Shown piece after piece: positions 52,685-64,000 of a stretch of DNA of 64,000 nucleotides. The notes beneath the pieces were generated by a model. It was not told the DNA's origin. It saw only the letters and a list, made by a program, of their open reading frames with translations, and did not search any database. This DNA comes from Auanema rhodensis. Its lineage: Eukaryota; Animalia; Nematoda. The number at the start of each line of letters is the position of its first letter. Position 1 is the stretch's first letter. Position numbers and translations under genes: made by a program. The DNA is taken from contig OZ059896.1 in NCBI GenBank assembly GCA_964057225.1, positions 10,168,001 through 10,232,000 of the forward strand, in the 5' to 3' direction.

Positions 52685-55600
52685 CTATATGATATGACAA
52701 GTAAAGGTTTGTGCGAATTCAATATACATATCTATAACTGGAGCCAGTACATTTAGGTGATTAATATCAGACTCCTCTTTAAGAGCATTTCTAATGGAGC
52801 GAATCTGAAATAATGTTGTTGACAAGGTATTATCCATTTGATTTGCTTACATCCTCTAAAGTTCGAGAAACAATGTCAAGACTTCGTCTGTAGAACAGGG
52901 AGTCCCTTTCCAGTAAACTATATCCAACAATACATTGGAAGAACATCATCTTGCTGCATATCTCATGGATTTTAAAAGTTGAAAGATTCCTTCCCTTAGA
53001 GGTGGTTGTTTCAGCAAATAGAACGTCTAGAGCAAATGTATAAAAAACAAAAAAAAACTATGCTTACTTGTGTCCGGCACAGAAAAAGCTTCAGAGAGAT
53101 CATTAATAACAGATTCAAAGTAAAAACAGAATTCAGATCGATATCGTTCTGCGGCTTCCTTAGGCAAATTAGAGCTAGTACATGAAATTGCTAGAATCTT
53201 GTAAGACTCCAGAAGTTCAGGTGATATCTAAAATTTATCATTAAGAGCAAACAATATATTATACATACAATTATCTGGCCGTTACTGTCCATCATGAATG
53301 AAGTTTCAGTGCTAAGACACTTCTCTATATTCATTTTCTCGTCCTCAACGGTTTCCATAATAAAACTTGAAACCTGGAAAATAATAAATTAGATAATATG
53401 TACGTTGTATCATCACTTCAGTAGGTATAAACGGAACTTCTTCTTCTTCTTGAAATCTGGAATTCCAAGCCCAAGTTATTATATCCCTTTCATATTTCTA
53501 AAAAAAAACTAATAGTTATAAAATTATTATCTTTTAACGACTTCCACAAGGCAAGCTACAAGCTTTTGAACTAAGCGATCCTCTTTTAAAAACTCAAGAA
53601 GTCGCCAGGAATTTCCTAGTAGCCAAAAAATCAAAGCTTGCGGTATACATGCCTGAAAAAAAAACATTTATTTGAATGATATACTAGTTCCACAACTTTG
53701 TGATTCCAAAAAATGGTATTTAAGAACGCTTTCACCAAAACCGACCTCTCCTCTTCGGAAGCTCTTAAATCTTCATCAACATATGTACACTGCAAATTTG
53801 AATAAAGCATTTGAAATTTAAAAATAATTTACTTCGAATACTAAAGCATGTGAGAGAAGCCTCGTATAAGCTGCACATTGATTGGGATGAATGGTTTCTT
53901 GCATACACACTTTTCGGATAAGAGACCTTAAGAAACAATGTAAATTGTTTAAATCGGAAAAAAACCAACTTGATAAAGGATAAGAATATATTACCGTTGG
54001 CAAGAACATACGCCAACTCTAATACATGCTCTTCCTAAAAATAAAATATTATGTTTTTCCAAAACCATTCGGTATACTTCTTTATTGCGAATATCTTTAA
54101 TAAGCTGTTCTTGAAATGACAATTTCACCTGATGAAAGAGGTCAACATTTTTCATATTGTATACCACCTAAAATTAAAAGTACAGTATATGATTAAATGT
54201 GGTTAGAATACTTCAACTAAAACATCCCCTAAATCATCAACAGATAACTTTCGAATACTTTCCAGTTGTTCTTCAGAAAGAAATGTTTCCACAACTGAAT
54301 TGACTGCATTGTCCTTAGTAGTCTTCATATTTATCAAGTGAAGACCAGCATTTAAGAAAGCAGACTTAATTAGAACGACAACCATTGTAAATTTACAAGT
54401 ATTTAAAAAAAACCTTTCCAATCTCCCGTTCATCCAAGATATTTGAAGGTTCATGCTCAGATTTAGATTTACGTCCTCGTTTAATCGGTAGAGCAACAGG
54501 TGCTGAGGTTATGACAGCTCGTTTCCGCTAAAATTCAGTGTTTTAAAAGTAACATGAATAGTTAACATACTCCTCTCCGAGAGAGATCAGAAGATCCAGC
54601 GTCAGACTTGAACAAAACATTACTTCTAGTGGTCACAGACCTAATTCCAGAGGTAGATTCATCTTTTGTACTGGGTTTGACTTTCGCAACATTAGGAATA
54701 ACTGGTTTTGTTCTAGAACTTCTCATTAGACGTCCTCCACGACCGAGCGATTGTGTAAACTTATTCAGCATACTAATATCACAGAACTTCGATGGGCGAG
54801 CAGTTGGTTTTCTACTTTGTTTCTTATAATCTGTATCTTTTCTGAGATCATCGTCGTCATCTTCTGTCTTAGCGCAATCGATATTTTTATGATCACTAGG
54901 CCCTTCCTCGGAAACATGCTCATGTGCATTGTCCTTTGTTTTGGGCGCTGGCTTAACGGGAGCACTTTCTGTTTTGGCAATTGGTACAGTAATGACGGTT
55001 CCAGTCTCACTAGTCTTTGGTTTAACTCTTTGAGGAAACTTTCTTCTTTCCACTACAGGAGTGTGAAGTCCTTTATCAGTGGTTTTAGAGGCTGTAGGGT
55101 CAGTCTTAGTATTTGCGGCCAAAGTCGAAGCTGGTTTTACAGTATTGGTTCTAGCTGTGGCTGCTGTATGAGTCTTACATATTGTATCAGCTCTTGATAT
55201 TTTATGATTATCCACTTTTTTTGTTGTGCTCGGATCGGCAGTGAGTATTTTAGTAGGTGACGCTATCTCATCTAATGAAAAAAATAAAACAAAATAGGTG
55301 TAATTAGAAACTCACCTTTTATATCAAGAATCAAATTATCCTCTCCTTCAGATTCAGATACCAACAAATTTACAGCATTGGTTTGCACTGATACAATGGG
55401 TTGAGAAGCTTTAGAATTCTCAACTTCCTTTGTAGTACACTCCGAACTGATTTCCGACGGAAGTGGAAGATTTTCTTCAGTTGGTTTGGAGCTGCTTTCA
55501 TTTGTTGTATCCGAGTCAGGAATTGGAGCTTCAATTTGCAATGATTGTGAATCATTATCACTGTCAGTCATTTCCGCAGCAGATGGTTCTTGCACACAGG

Positions 55601-58600
55601 TCACTTCTGAAACCGACTTCTCTGGAACCACACTTGAAACATCAGAGCTAGATTTCTTCTAAAAAAAGAGCATTTTTTTTCAAAAATAGTATGAACATAC
55701 TGAGGCAGTAACCCGAGTTCTTGTATTTTTGCGTAGTCCAGAAAATTGGTCTCCTATCAGGCAATTTTGATAAATATGGAAAAAATATTAATCAATTTAC
55801 CTTCGGCAGGTAGCACAATTGCATTTGAGGGCTCAGGCTTTTTCTTTGGCACAGAAGGGGAGATTGGAACTTCAATTTGTAATGATTGGGAATCATTATC
55901 ACTGTCCGTCATTTCCGCAGCAGATGATTCTTTCACACATGAATCCACAGTTGGTAAACCAGTCACTTCTGAAACCGACTTCTCCGGAACCACACTTGAA
56001 ACATCAGAGTTGGAATTCTTCTAAAAAATACCAATTTTTTTTCAAAAATACTATAAACATACTGAAGCAGTAACACGAGTCCTTGTATTCTTGCGTAGTC
56101 CAGAAAATTCATCTCCTAACATTCAATTTTGATAAAAATAGAAAAAAATTGAACCATTTACCTTCTACAGGTAACACAATTGCATTTGAGGGCTCAGGAT
56201 TTTTCTTTGGTACAGAAGGAGAGATCGGAGCTTCAATTTGCAATAATTGGGAATCATTATCACTGTCAGTCATTTCCACAGCAGATGGTTCTTGCACACA
56301 GGTCGCATCTGAAATCGACTTCTCCGGAACCACACTTGAATCATCAGAGTTAGATTTCTTCTAAAAAAGACCAATTTGTTTTCAAAAATACTATAAACAT
56401 ACTGAGGCAGTAACACGAGTTCTTGTATTTTTGCGTAGTCCAGAAAATTCGTCTCCTAACATTCAATTTTGATAAAAACAGAAAAAAAATTGAACCATTT
56501 ACCTTCTACAGGTAACACAATTGCATTTGAGGGCTCAGGATTTTTCTTGGGCACAGAAGGGGAGATTGGAGCTTCAATTTGTAATGATTGGGAATCATTA
56601 TCACTGTCCGTCATTTCCGCAGCAGATGCTTCTTTCACACATGAATCCACAGTTGGTAAACCAGTCACTTCTGAAACCGACTTCTCTGGGACCACACTTG
56701 AAACATCAGAGCTAGATTTCTTCTAAAAAAGACCATTTTTTTTCAAAAATACTATAAACATACTGAAGCAGTAACACGAGTCCTTGTATTCTTGCGTAGT
56801 CCAGAAAATTCATCTCCTAACATTCAATTTTGATAAAAATAGAAATAAATATTAATCAATTTACCTTCGACAGGTAGCACAATTGCATTTGAGGGCTCAG
56901 GCTTTTTCTTTGGCACAGAAGGGGGTGGCATCTTATCACTATCAATAGTTCCACTAGATTTACCCTATAAAGAAATAATTAAATATGTAATAGAATCTTT
57001 AGATACAAAATGTGATTTAGGCATCGATGTTTTAGCAGCTTTATTAATCTCCATTAACTCCGTGGGCGTTAAAAGCTGAAAGTTCATAGAATATACTCAA
57101 GAATAAGATACTTCTTTACCACAATCGGATGCGCTTTAGAAATAACTTCAACAGTTGACTTTTCTCCTACATTACCTAACTTCAGAGTGCTATGCACACG
57201 TTCAATTTGATTTTTCGATTGCTTCTATAAGCAAAATTTATAAAGAGCAGCAATTTAAAAAACACACTTTATCATCAACCTTTTTAAAACTTTTTTTCGT
57301 CCGAACAATTGATTTATCAACAACTGGTTGTGGCATAACCTCGATAGCAGCTAATGGAACAGTAGATGTAGAGCTCTCAGCAAAATTATCATCGAGATTT
57401 CGACCCGCTTTAGAATTGAGATCTAGTGTTTCGGATGATACAGCATCACTGTAATTGAATAATTAATCACATTTTTCTATTAATAAATACCGCTGTTTAG
57501 GAGGTTCTCGTTCAAAAGAAGGATTTTCAAGTCTTACGAGATTTTCATCCTGAAGTTCAGATTTCTACAATACGAACGTAATCAGAAAGTATATAACAAT
57601 ATTGTTTACCTTCGAAATATCAATTGGTTTGAGACTCATTTCTATATCAGTAGCTGTTTCAGGATCATCAACAAAATCAGAGCTTTTAAATTTAGAACTG
57701 GATATTATGGGCTCTATGGGTGGTTGAAGTTCTCTACCAAACTTGCACATAATCTCTAAAGCTCTCTTTGCACCTTCCGCCCATTTAGAACTATAAGAGA
57801 TAATTTATTTTCTCATCTCTTAAAATATCTTACGTAGTTACAGGAGGTAAAGGTTTCTTAATTATTTCAACCTTTTCCTTTCTCGGAACTGCGCTTGGAG
57901 GTTTGTCCATGATTTCCAACTTAAAATTTCAAATTTTATAAGACATAAACACAAGAAAAATATAACCTTTCGAACACTTTTGATATCAGGAGATGCTTCC
58001 ACTTGCTCAACAGAACTTTTTCGCTAGAAATTTTACTTTTAATTATATTAATATAATAAATTCAGTATACTACGATAACAGGATTGGTTGAGTCTTTATT
58101 CTCCGGAGAATCGCTATTATTCGTGGGATTAGTTTTGCTCACTGCAATGGAGCTTGAAACCACTTGAGCTTCCAAGTTTGTCGAAGGAATTACTGAATCC
58201 GCAGTTGTCTCTTCAATTATAATAAATCATATATAACTTCAAGAAAAATACAGTTACCTTCAATAAGAACATTTGAATTCTCCAAAACATCATCACCCAA
58301 TACACTATCCGCATCAGAGATGCTCATATTCAAGTCATCCGCTAAAGTGTTTAACTTGGTTTCTTTTTCTATTAGAGCCTAAATACCACATTATCACAGA
58401 AAATAATATGTAAAAAAATGAACTTTTTCTAACACTCTTGTGAGAGCATCAACATTGCAAGTCGAGGTGGATGGTATAGAAGAAACCATAAGTTCACTTT
58501 TTAAATTGGTGATTTTCCTGAGATCATTATTTGGAGGAATTGGAGTAGGTATAGAAATGGGCTCGGGGAATTTTATGAAGAACTTTTTTTCATCGGCTGA

Positions 58601-60765
58601 TGCATTCATCTCTTCAGGAGGATTATTAGTTGTAGACGTTGAGGCGCTTTCGGAATTAGTCTTCGTAGCTTGTGCACTATTTCTAACCGTGAAATTTTTC
58701 CGATTCTCTCCAGTTGGAAAGGGTTCAACTGAATGAGATGTAGAAGGTGTTGATTGGAATGATTTGCAAACTAAAACCAAAAAAACATCAAATATAAAGA
58801 TGAGATGCAAACCATCTTCACTGGAAGAAGACAATTTGATACTACTTGAGACAATACTGACAGGGCCTGAATATTAATACTGATTTAAAATGAATACAAA
58901 ACAAATATTACTAGAAAAAGGAACTGATTTCGAATTTTGAAGTTCTCGGAGACGTTTCATTTCTGCAACTCTCTCTTTCACCGTTCCTTTCCCCTTCTGC
59001 TCTTCTTGGATTTCTCTGATAGTTTTGCCTTTCTTACCGTGAATCGTGCTGTAAACAAGCATATATTTCAAAAACGTATAAATAAAAACTTCATAGGTGT
59101 CGAAGGTCCTTGTTTCGCTAACTCATCATTGAGAGGAGAATTACTAACTAATTTACAATGAACTTGTTGCACTGGAATAAGAAATGTTATTTTAAAACAT
59201 AATGCCAACACACTAATTCGTTTGTCAGATTCCACAGCATCTTGTTTGACAATATTGGTGTTCGACTTATTTCGCTGAATCCGAGTATTCGTTACTTTCA
59301 TCTGTTTTGCAGAATAATTAAACTATAACTAAGTGAATAACTTGTATATGATAATCAAAACTCACTTCTGGATTAGACACTGGTGAAACAGAAGTAGAAT
59401 CCTCTTCAATGAAATCTTTAGGAACTGTAGGAGAAATAGTTAAGTTTATATTATCTGAGCATGAATATTCTGGCAATGTCTGATTTAAAATACTCTCTAG
59501 CTCCAATGCTTCTAAAACTTAAATATATCAAAATACTCCCAATATATCATACCTTCATCACTATTGTCACTAATTTTTTCCAAACCTAACAGTGTGCCTC
59601 TTTGAGGAACATTTCTAAGCTTATCAACTTTTTTAAAAAGACTAACAGGCAAATTTGTTCCCTGCGAAGCTTAATTAAAATAATGTCTATGATATTAAAA
59701 ACAAAATATCCTACCAATTTCATCCAGAATATGAAAAAAACGAGGTACATATTTCTTTGATAATATATTCCAACTCATAAGTTCTTTCTTTTCTTTCCTT
59801 AAAGCTTCACTTTGCTTCTCGCAAAACTCTTTCCTGAAAAAAATTAATTAATTCAAGTCCTTCAGAACAGTACTAACTTTCTTTTATTTCCGGCAGCAAT
59901 ATCAATGACATCTTTGAATTTTTTTTCCAAATCTATCCTTCTTTGTTGCAAGGTCTTGGCAACTTCGACAGAGTGAGAATACTTTTCTCTCCAAGTATTA
60001 GCTGCATTCGCATGTTCCTAATGAATATTTAAAAAGCATAATGATTCAGAAAAACATACCCTAGATTCTTTGGCTTTAGCTTCCAAAATACTAATTTGCT
60101 TCAACAAATCTTGTTCTCTCTGCTTAGCCTAAACAAGTTGTTGATATTTCAATATAAGATAGAAATCCAGTAACCTGGCCAGCATCAACTTTTAAAGTAC
60201 TTAGTTCAGTTTGCAATGCAAAAACATCTTTGAGTCTGTCTTCAACAAATTTGTTAGTATCTCCTAATTGACGTTTAATATGAGCATTTTCCTAAACCAA
60301 GAATCAGTTTTTTCTCATACCACCAAATACCTCTTTTATTTCTTCATAATTTGCTGATCGCTTAGCCATCAAATAAAAGCTGTCCATTATTCTTCGGCAA
60401 CTGGCTCTCATATTTTCACATAATTCACACCCAGGGGGTATTTGAGATACCTCTCCAAATAAGGAGGGTATATTCTTTAAATGTAATGGTTGAAATCAGA
60501 TGATTAGTTATAACCCACTGTCTGATCTGTGTCCGCTGTATTACTGTCATATGTTTCATAGTTGTTAGTGGAGGAAGGAAGAGGTGATAGTTCGGCATAC
60601 TGAACAAATGTTTAATTTCCTTTTTTTTTTAACACTCACTGTAGGTTCAGCGGATTGCTCAACAAATTCATTGTCATACTGAATGGCAGCTGGTATTACA
60701 GAATCATTTTCATAACCTTCTCTTGAATTCGGTATAGCTTGAGATGTTGATGGTTGATCACCCAT
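52685..60765 (-). CDS. Large multi-exon protein: N-terminal CxxC plus coiled coil, long Ser/Thr/Glu/Lys-rich disordered middle with repeated exons, helical C-terminal domain; function unknown
   Basis: Continuous chain of short GT-AG introns from MGDQPSTSQ (60765) through GCELCENMRASC..ENAHIKRQL..AKQREQDLLKQISILEAK to IRSIRNALKEE..FTCHII* (52685). Not every internal junction was verified. Confidence 0.7.
55316..56965 (-). repeat. Tandem exon+intron duplication array (~340-365 bp unit, 4 full copies plus a partial)
   Basis: Repeated exon encoding SDVSSVVPEKSVSEVT(GLPTVDS)CV.E.SAAEMTDSDNDSQSLQIEAPISPSVPKK.PEPSNAIVLPVE with a repeated intron. Confidence 0.92.
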
Positions 60766-61269
60766 GCCATCAGAACTAGAAACAACCGTTTGATCAACAT
60801 TATTTATAAAAAAAATACCAGAAAAAAAAATTTGTCATAAGTGAAAAAAAATAACATGTATTAACAATCTGGAAGACCAATCATAATACTTTGTTGATAG
60901 CAAATACTTAAACACCATGATGAAGAAAATAATACAAATTTCATTAAATGTTTTAATAAATCTTCATTTGAATAAGTTTCACTAACCTTTTTAAGCTTTG
61001 ATGAACTAACTTTTGAAATTTTAATTTTAAATTATAATAGCCGTGAGATTAAAAATGTGCTAAGCTAATAATAATAGTCTAAGCACGAACACTTTGAGTT
61101 TAGACCTTTAAAAAAATTTTGGGCCTTTTATTTCTTTTATATTCTTAACATCTGTGCACAATTTCACAGTTTCGTATATTAATCGTGTTCTTTATTTCTA
61201 GTTCGTGACTTATTTTAATTTGTCCGTTTTTTTGAACTGTGAGTAATAATTATTGTTTAGGGTATTAAA

Positions 61270-61798
61270 ATGGTTGCTGGTAAGCCCATCGCTAAGAACG
61301 CCAAGAACGTCAAGGGAACCAAGAAGGCCCTTAGAAAGAAGAAGGTTCACCTTAAGTTCAATGTTGAATGCAAGAACCCCGTTGAGGATGGTATTGTCAA
61401 GATCGAAGATTTTGTAAGTTCTTTTTATCCTACGGCCTTGTCGGGCTTAGGGCCACTTCCCTAGTCAGTCCCGATGTTTTAGGAAGTCTTCTTGAACGAG
61501 CACATCAAAATCAATGGAAAGACTGGTCAGCTCGCCAGCAACAACGTTAAGGTTGAGGTTGCTAAGACCAAGATCTCCGTTATTGCCGAGATTCCTTTCT
61601 CTAAGAGGTAAACTTTTGTCTTTTTTGCTCAAGTTATTTAACCAATTTTCTAGATACCTTAAATATCTTACCAAGAAGTACTTGAAGAGAAACTCTCTCA
61701 GAGATTGGCTTCGTGTTGTTGCTATTAACAAGAACACTTACGAGCTCCGTTACTTCCACATCAGCCAAGATGAGGATGATGGCAGTGACAACGAGTAA
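61270..61798 (+). CDS. rpl-22: 60S ribosomal protein L22 (eL22)
   Basis: Exons 61270-61413, 61483-61607 and 61654-61798; [53 protein letters not shown]. Confidence 0.97.
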
Positions 61799-61890
61799 AA
61801 TGTTGTTTGAAATAAATTTGTTATCGCTTAATGATTTATTTTATTCGAAAATATATATGACCAACAATGAGTATCAGATTAACCGGAATA

Positions 61891-63571
61891 TTAAATACAT
61901 TTTTTGCCGAAGAGAGCATCACAGAAGTTATTAACTCGTTTTACAGCGTGTCCTTTTCTGCACCCGAATGCTGAGTCGTATTCGAATAGGTTGGAGAGCC
62001 CGCTCATGACTTGACGAATGATTGAGGTGAATAATGATACATTTTGTGACGAATAGCACCAGTAGAGATTCCAATCGCACAATTCGAATGCTTCTGGTTT
62101 ATTATAAACCTAAAAAGAAAAATTTTCATTGGTCGGAATCTAAACTTTACCAGATCTATCACGGAATCTCTTAGCTGACTGCTTCCAGGAATTTGTGATT
62201 GCGAATAGAAATAGCAAAAATCGGATACTAACTGAGCACGACCAACACTTGAGAATAGGAAAGGATCACTTGTCATAAAACTGAAATATTTTCTTGGTTT
62301 TCATAATTACTATACCTATTCACCTGAATATTGAAGACCAAGTGTTTAAGTCATAGTTAACTCTAATGAAAGAGGTAAAGTTGAGATTTACAAGAATAGA
62401 ATCTGATGAATGAAGTAGGGTTTGAGTGAACATGAATTCAGGGAATGCTGTGGAGTTGGGATTTGAAACAGGTAACCTAAAATTAACAGTGTGTGGATAG
62501 TTCGAAGTTTATAAAAATTATCACCTCAATGGCCATAGTACTGTTGAATATTGAGTAATTTGGGAATTTGATCCATTATTTTGTACATATACTGATGGAA
62601 ATCCTCCGGTTGTGAACCAATATTGGTATACCTTAGAATTATTTTGATATTTCTCAAAATCATTGTTACTTACCTGGCCTAAAGTTATATTATATTCGAT
62701 GTTCACTTCATCAAAATAAGAGGTGAACACTGTGAGATTAAAATTAGGATATCGTGAAACCAAGTTTCTAATAACTGAGAGCATATACTTTTCCCCCACA
62801 ACTGATTCGAGGGATTCCAGATAAATAACTCCTTTTAAATAACAGTGTGATGATATCTTCAAATGTTAAAAGCTTAAGTCTGGATTGATTGATTTTACTA
62901 ACCATATCTTTAGTAATTTGTTCAGGCATTAGTAAAGAATGTCCCGGAGATATGAAATCTTCTGCCAACTGAATTTCGACATATTTAGAAAGTCTAAATC
63001 TTGAATAACGTTCATCGTTCCCCAGAAGAGCTCTAACAATTTTATAAGAAATATAATCAGTAATGTCTTCCTAGAAAGTTTTCACAATGTATAATTAAAT
63101 GCCTAAAGCAACATCAAACCTGAAGACAAATGTATTGCCAGCTATCTATTGTAGCCTGGTTCCCGATCCAATGATGAGCTAATTCGTGAGCTATAACATA
63201 AGTGAGATGAGCATCGTCTCCTGATGATGCAAGTTCTCTAGAGATCAGAATGTGACCCCAGTTTTCCATTCCTCCATCATAATCGGGAACTAATATGAAA
63301 TCCATCTAAATAAAATAAAATTTTCTCTTCAAAATCGAGGAGATGTTTTTTTTAAAATAAGAAATTACTATTCAAGAAGCAATTTGATTTTTGTTGTTGG
63401 TTATTTATTTATTTTATTTTAAAAATTTACTTTATTAAGAGGAAGTGGTTGTTCCATTATGTCAGCTATTAATTCGAAAGCAGATGCCGCAATATCAAGA
63501 ACTCGGAGAGCCAGAGCTCTGGAAGCAGAATGAACTCTCAAGGTAACTCCAAACGATGTTAAACGAGATAG
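61891..63571 (-). CDS. M1 family zinc aminopeptidase, 3' part (5' exons lie beyond the window)
   Basis: GGMENWG (GAMEN-type motif), HELAH-x18-E across a splice junction, distal CYLKG catalytic Tyr, WFTTGGFP, and an ERAP1-C-like tail. Confidence 0.88.
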
Positions 63572-64000
63572 CTGAAAGTAAAAAAATTAATCACTCAATA
63601 TTCAATAGATTTCATAATATTACTGAATTTTTAACAATAACCTAACAGTGTCAAAATTTCAAATGTAGATGTTACATTCAAAACGGTTTCCAAAGTTAGT
63701 TTATATTTTTATTTATAATGTAAATAATAAGTAAAAGAGATCATTTGCCTATTCCGATCTGAGGATAGTTTTGTTTTGCTTTCAAAACGTTCTTTTTTTA
63801 AACTGATGCCGATTGATTTATTAGTTTTTTCTTACTTATAAAATTTTCTATATATCCATTTTTTCAACAACATACATTTTCAACATTTCTTAAGAATAGT
63901 AGATTCATTATTGACCTTCTTTATGAGCATAAAAACTCATCAAAGCAGAATTCTATGAACGAACATTTTTGCAAACATGTTTGCCAAAACTCTACCAGTC

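Noticed and set aside
49357-52685. Operon of the large gene, pyp-1 and fat-2 (all minus strand)
   Set aside because: Gaps of ~1.0 kb and ~0.6 kb contain promoter-like sequence and are longer than typical SL2 spacers; SL2 data would be needed.
62521-62968. Apparent frameshift in the aminopeptidase
   Set aside because: Explained by a ~46-nt GT-AG intron joining TKDM to ISSHCYLKG.
1-64000. piRNA (21U) cluster, CRISPR array, tRNA or rRNA genes
   Set aside because: CTGTTTCA was noticed only a few times, in coding or TE sequence; no repeat-spacer array or structural RNA gene was recognised.

Overview
AT-rich eukaryotic genomic DNA from a rhabditid (Caenorhabditis-like) nematode, with short GT-AG introns and TTTCAG/TTTTAG acceptors; no prokaryotic features. 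Spliced genes reconstructed by eye: dyf-18 (CCRK/CDK20 ciliary kinase) with an upstream X-box; a single-pass three-finger (activin-receptor-ectodomain-like) protein with no kinase; three tandem Srh-type 7TM chemoreceptors; a secreted Cys/Gln-rich chitin-binding protein (pqn-74-like); fat-2; pyp-1; a large coiled-coil/disordered protein with tandemly duplicated exons; rpl-22; and the 3' part of an M1 aminopeptidase. The most informative part is 20.2-40.9 kb, a recent tandem triplication of a ~5.4 kb unit. It preserves only the chemoreceptor intact and carries Merlin-type DNA elements (8-bp TSDs, one holding a copy of the receptor promoter), a nested mariner, a probable solo LTR, and one BEL/Pao insertion seen in three states (truncated provirus, solo LTR, empty site). 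The receptor copies differ mainly by amino-acid changes in transmembrane segments, while co-duplicated neutral DNA is nearly identical. Gene names rest on recalled C. elegans protein sequences; no searches were run.
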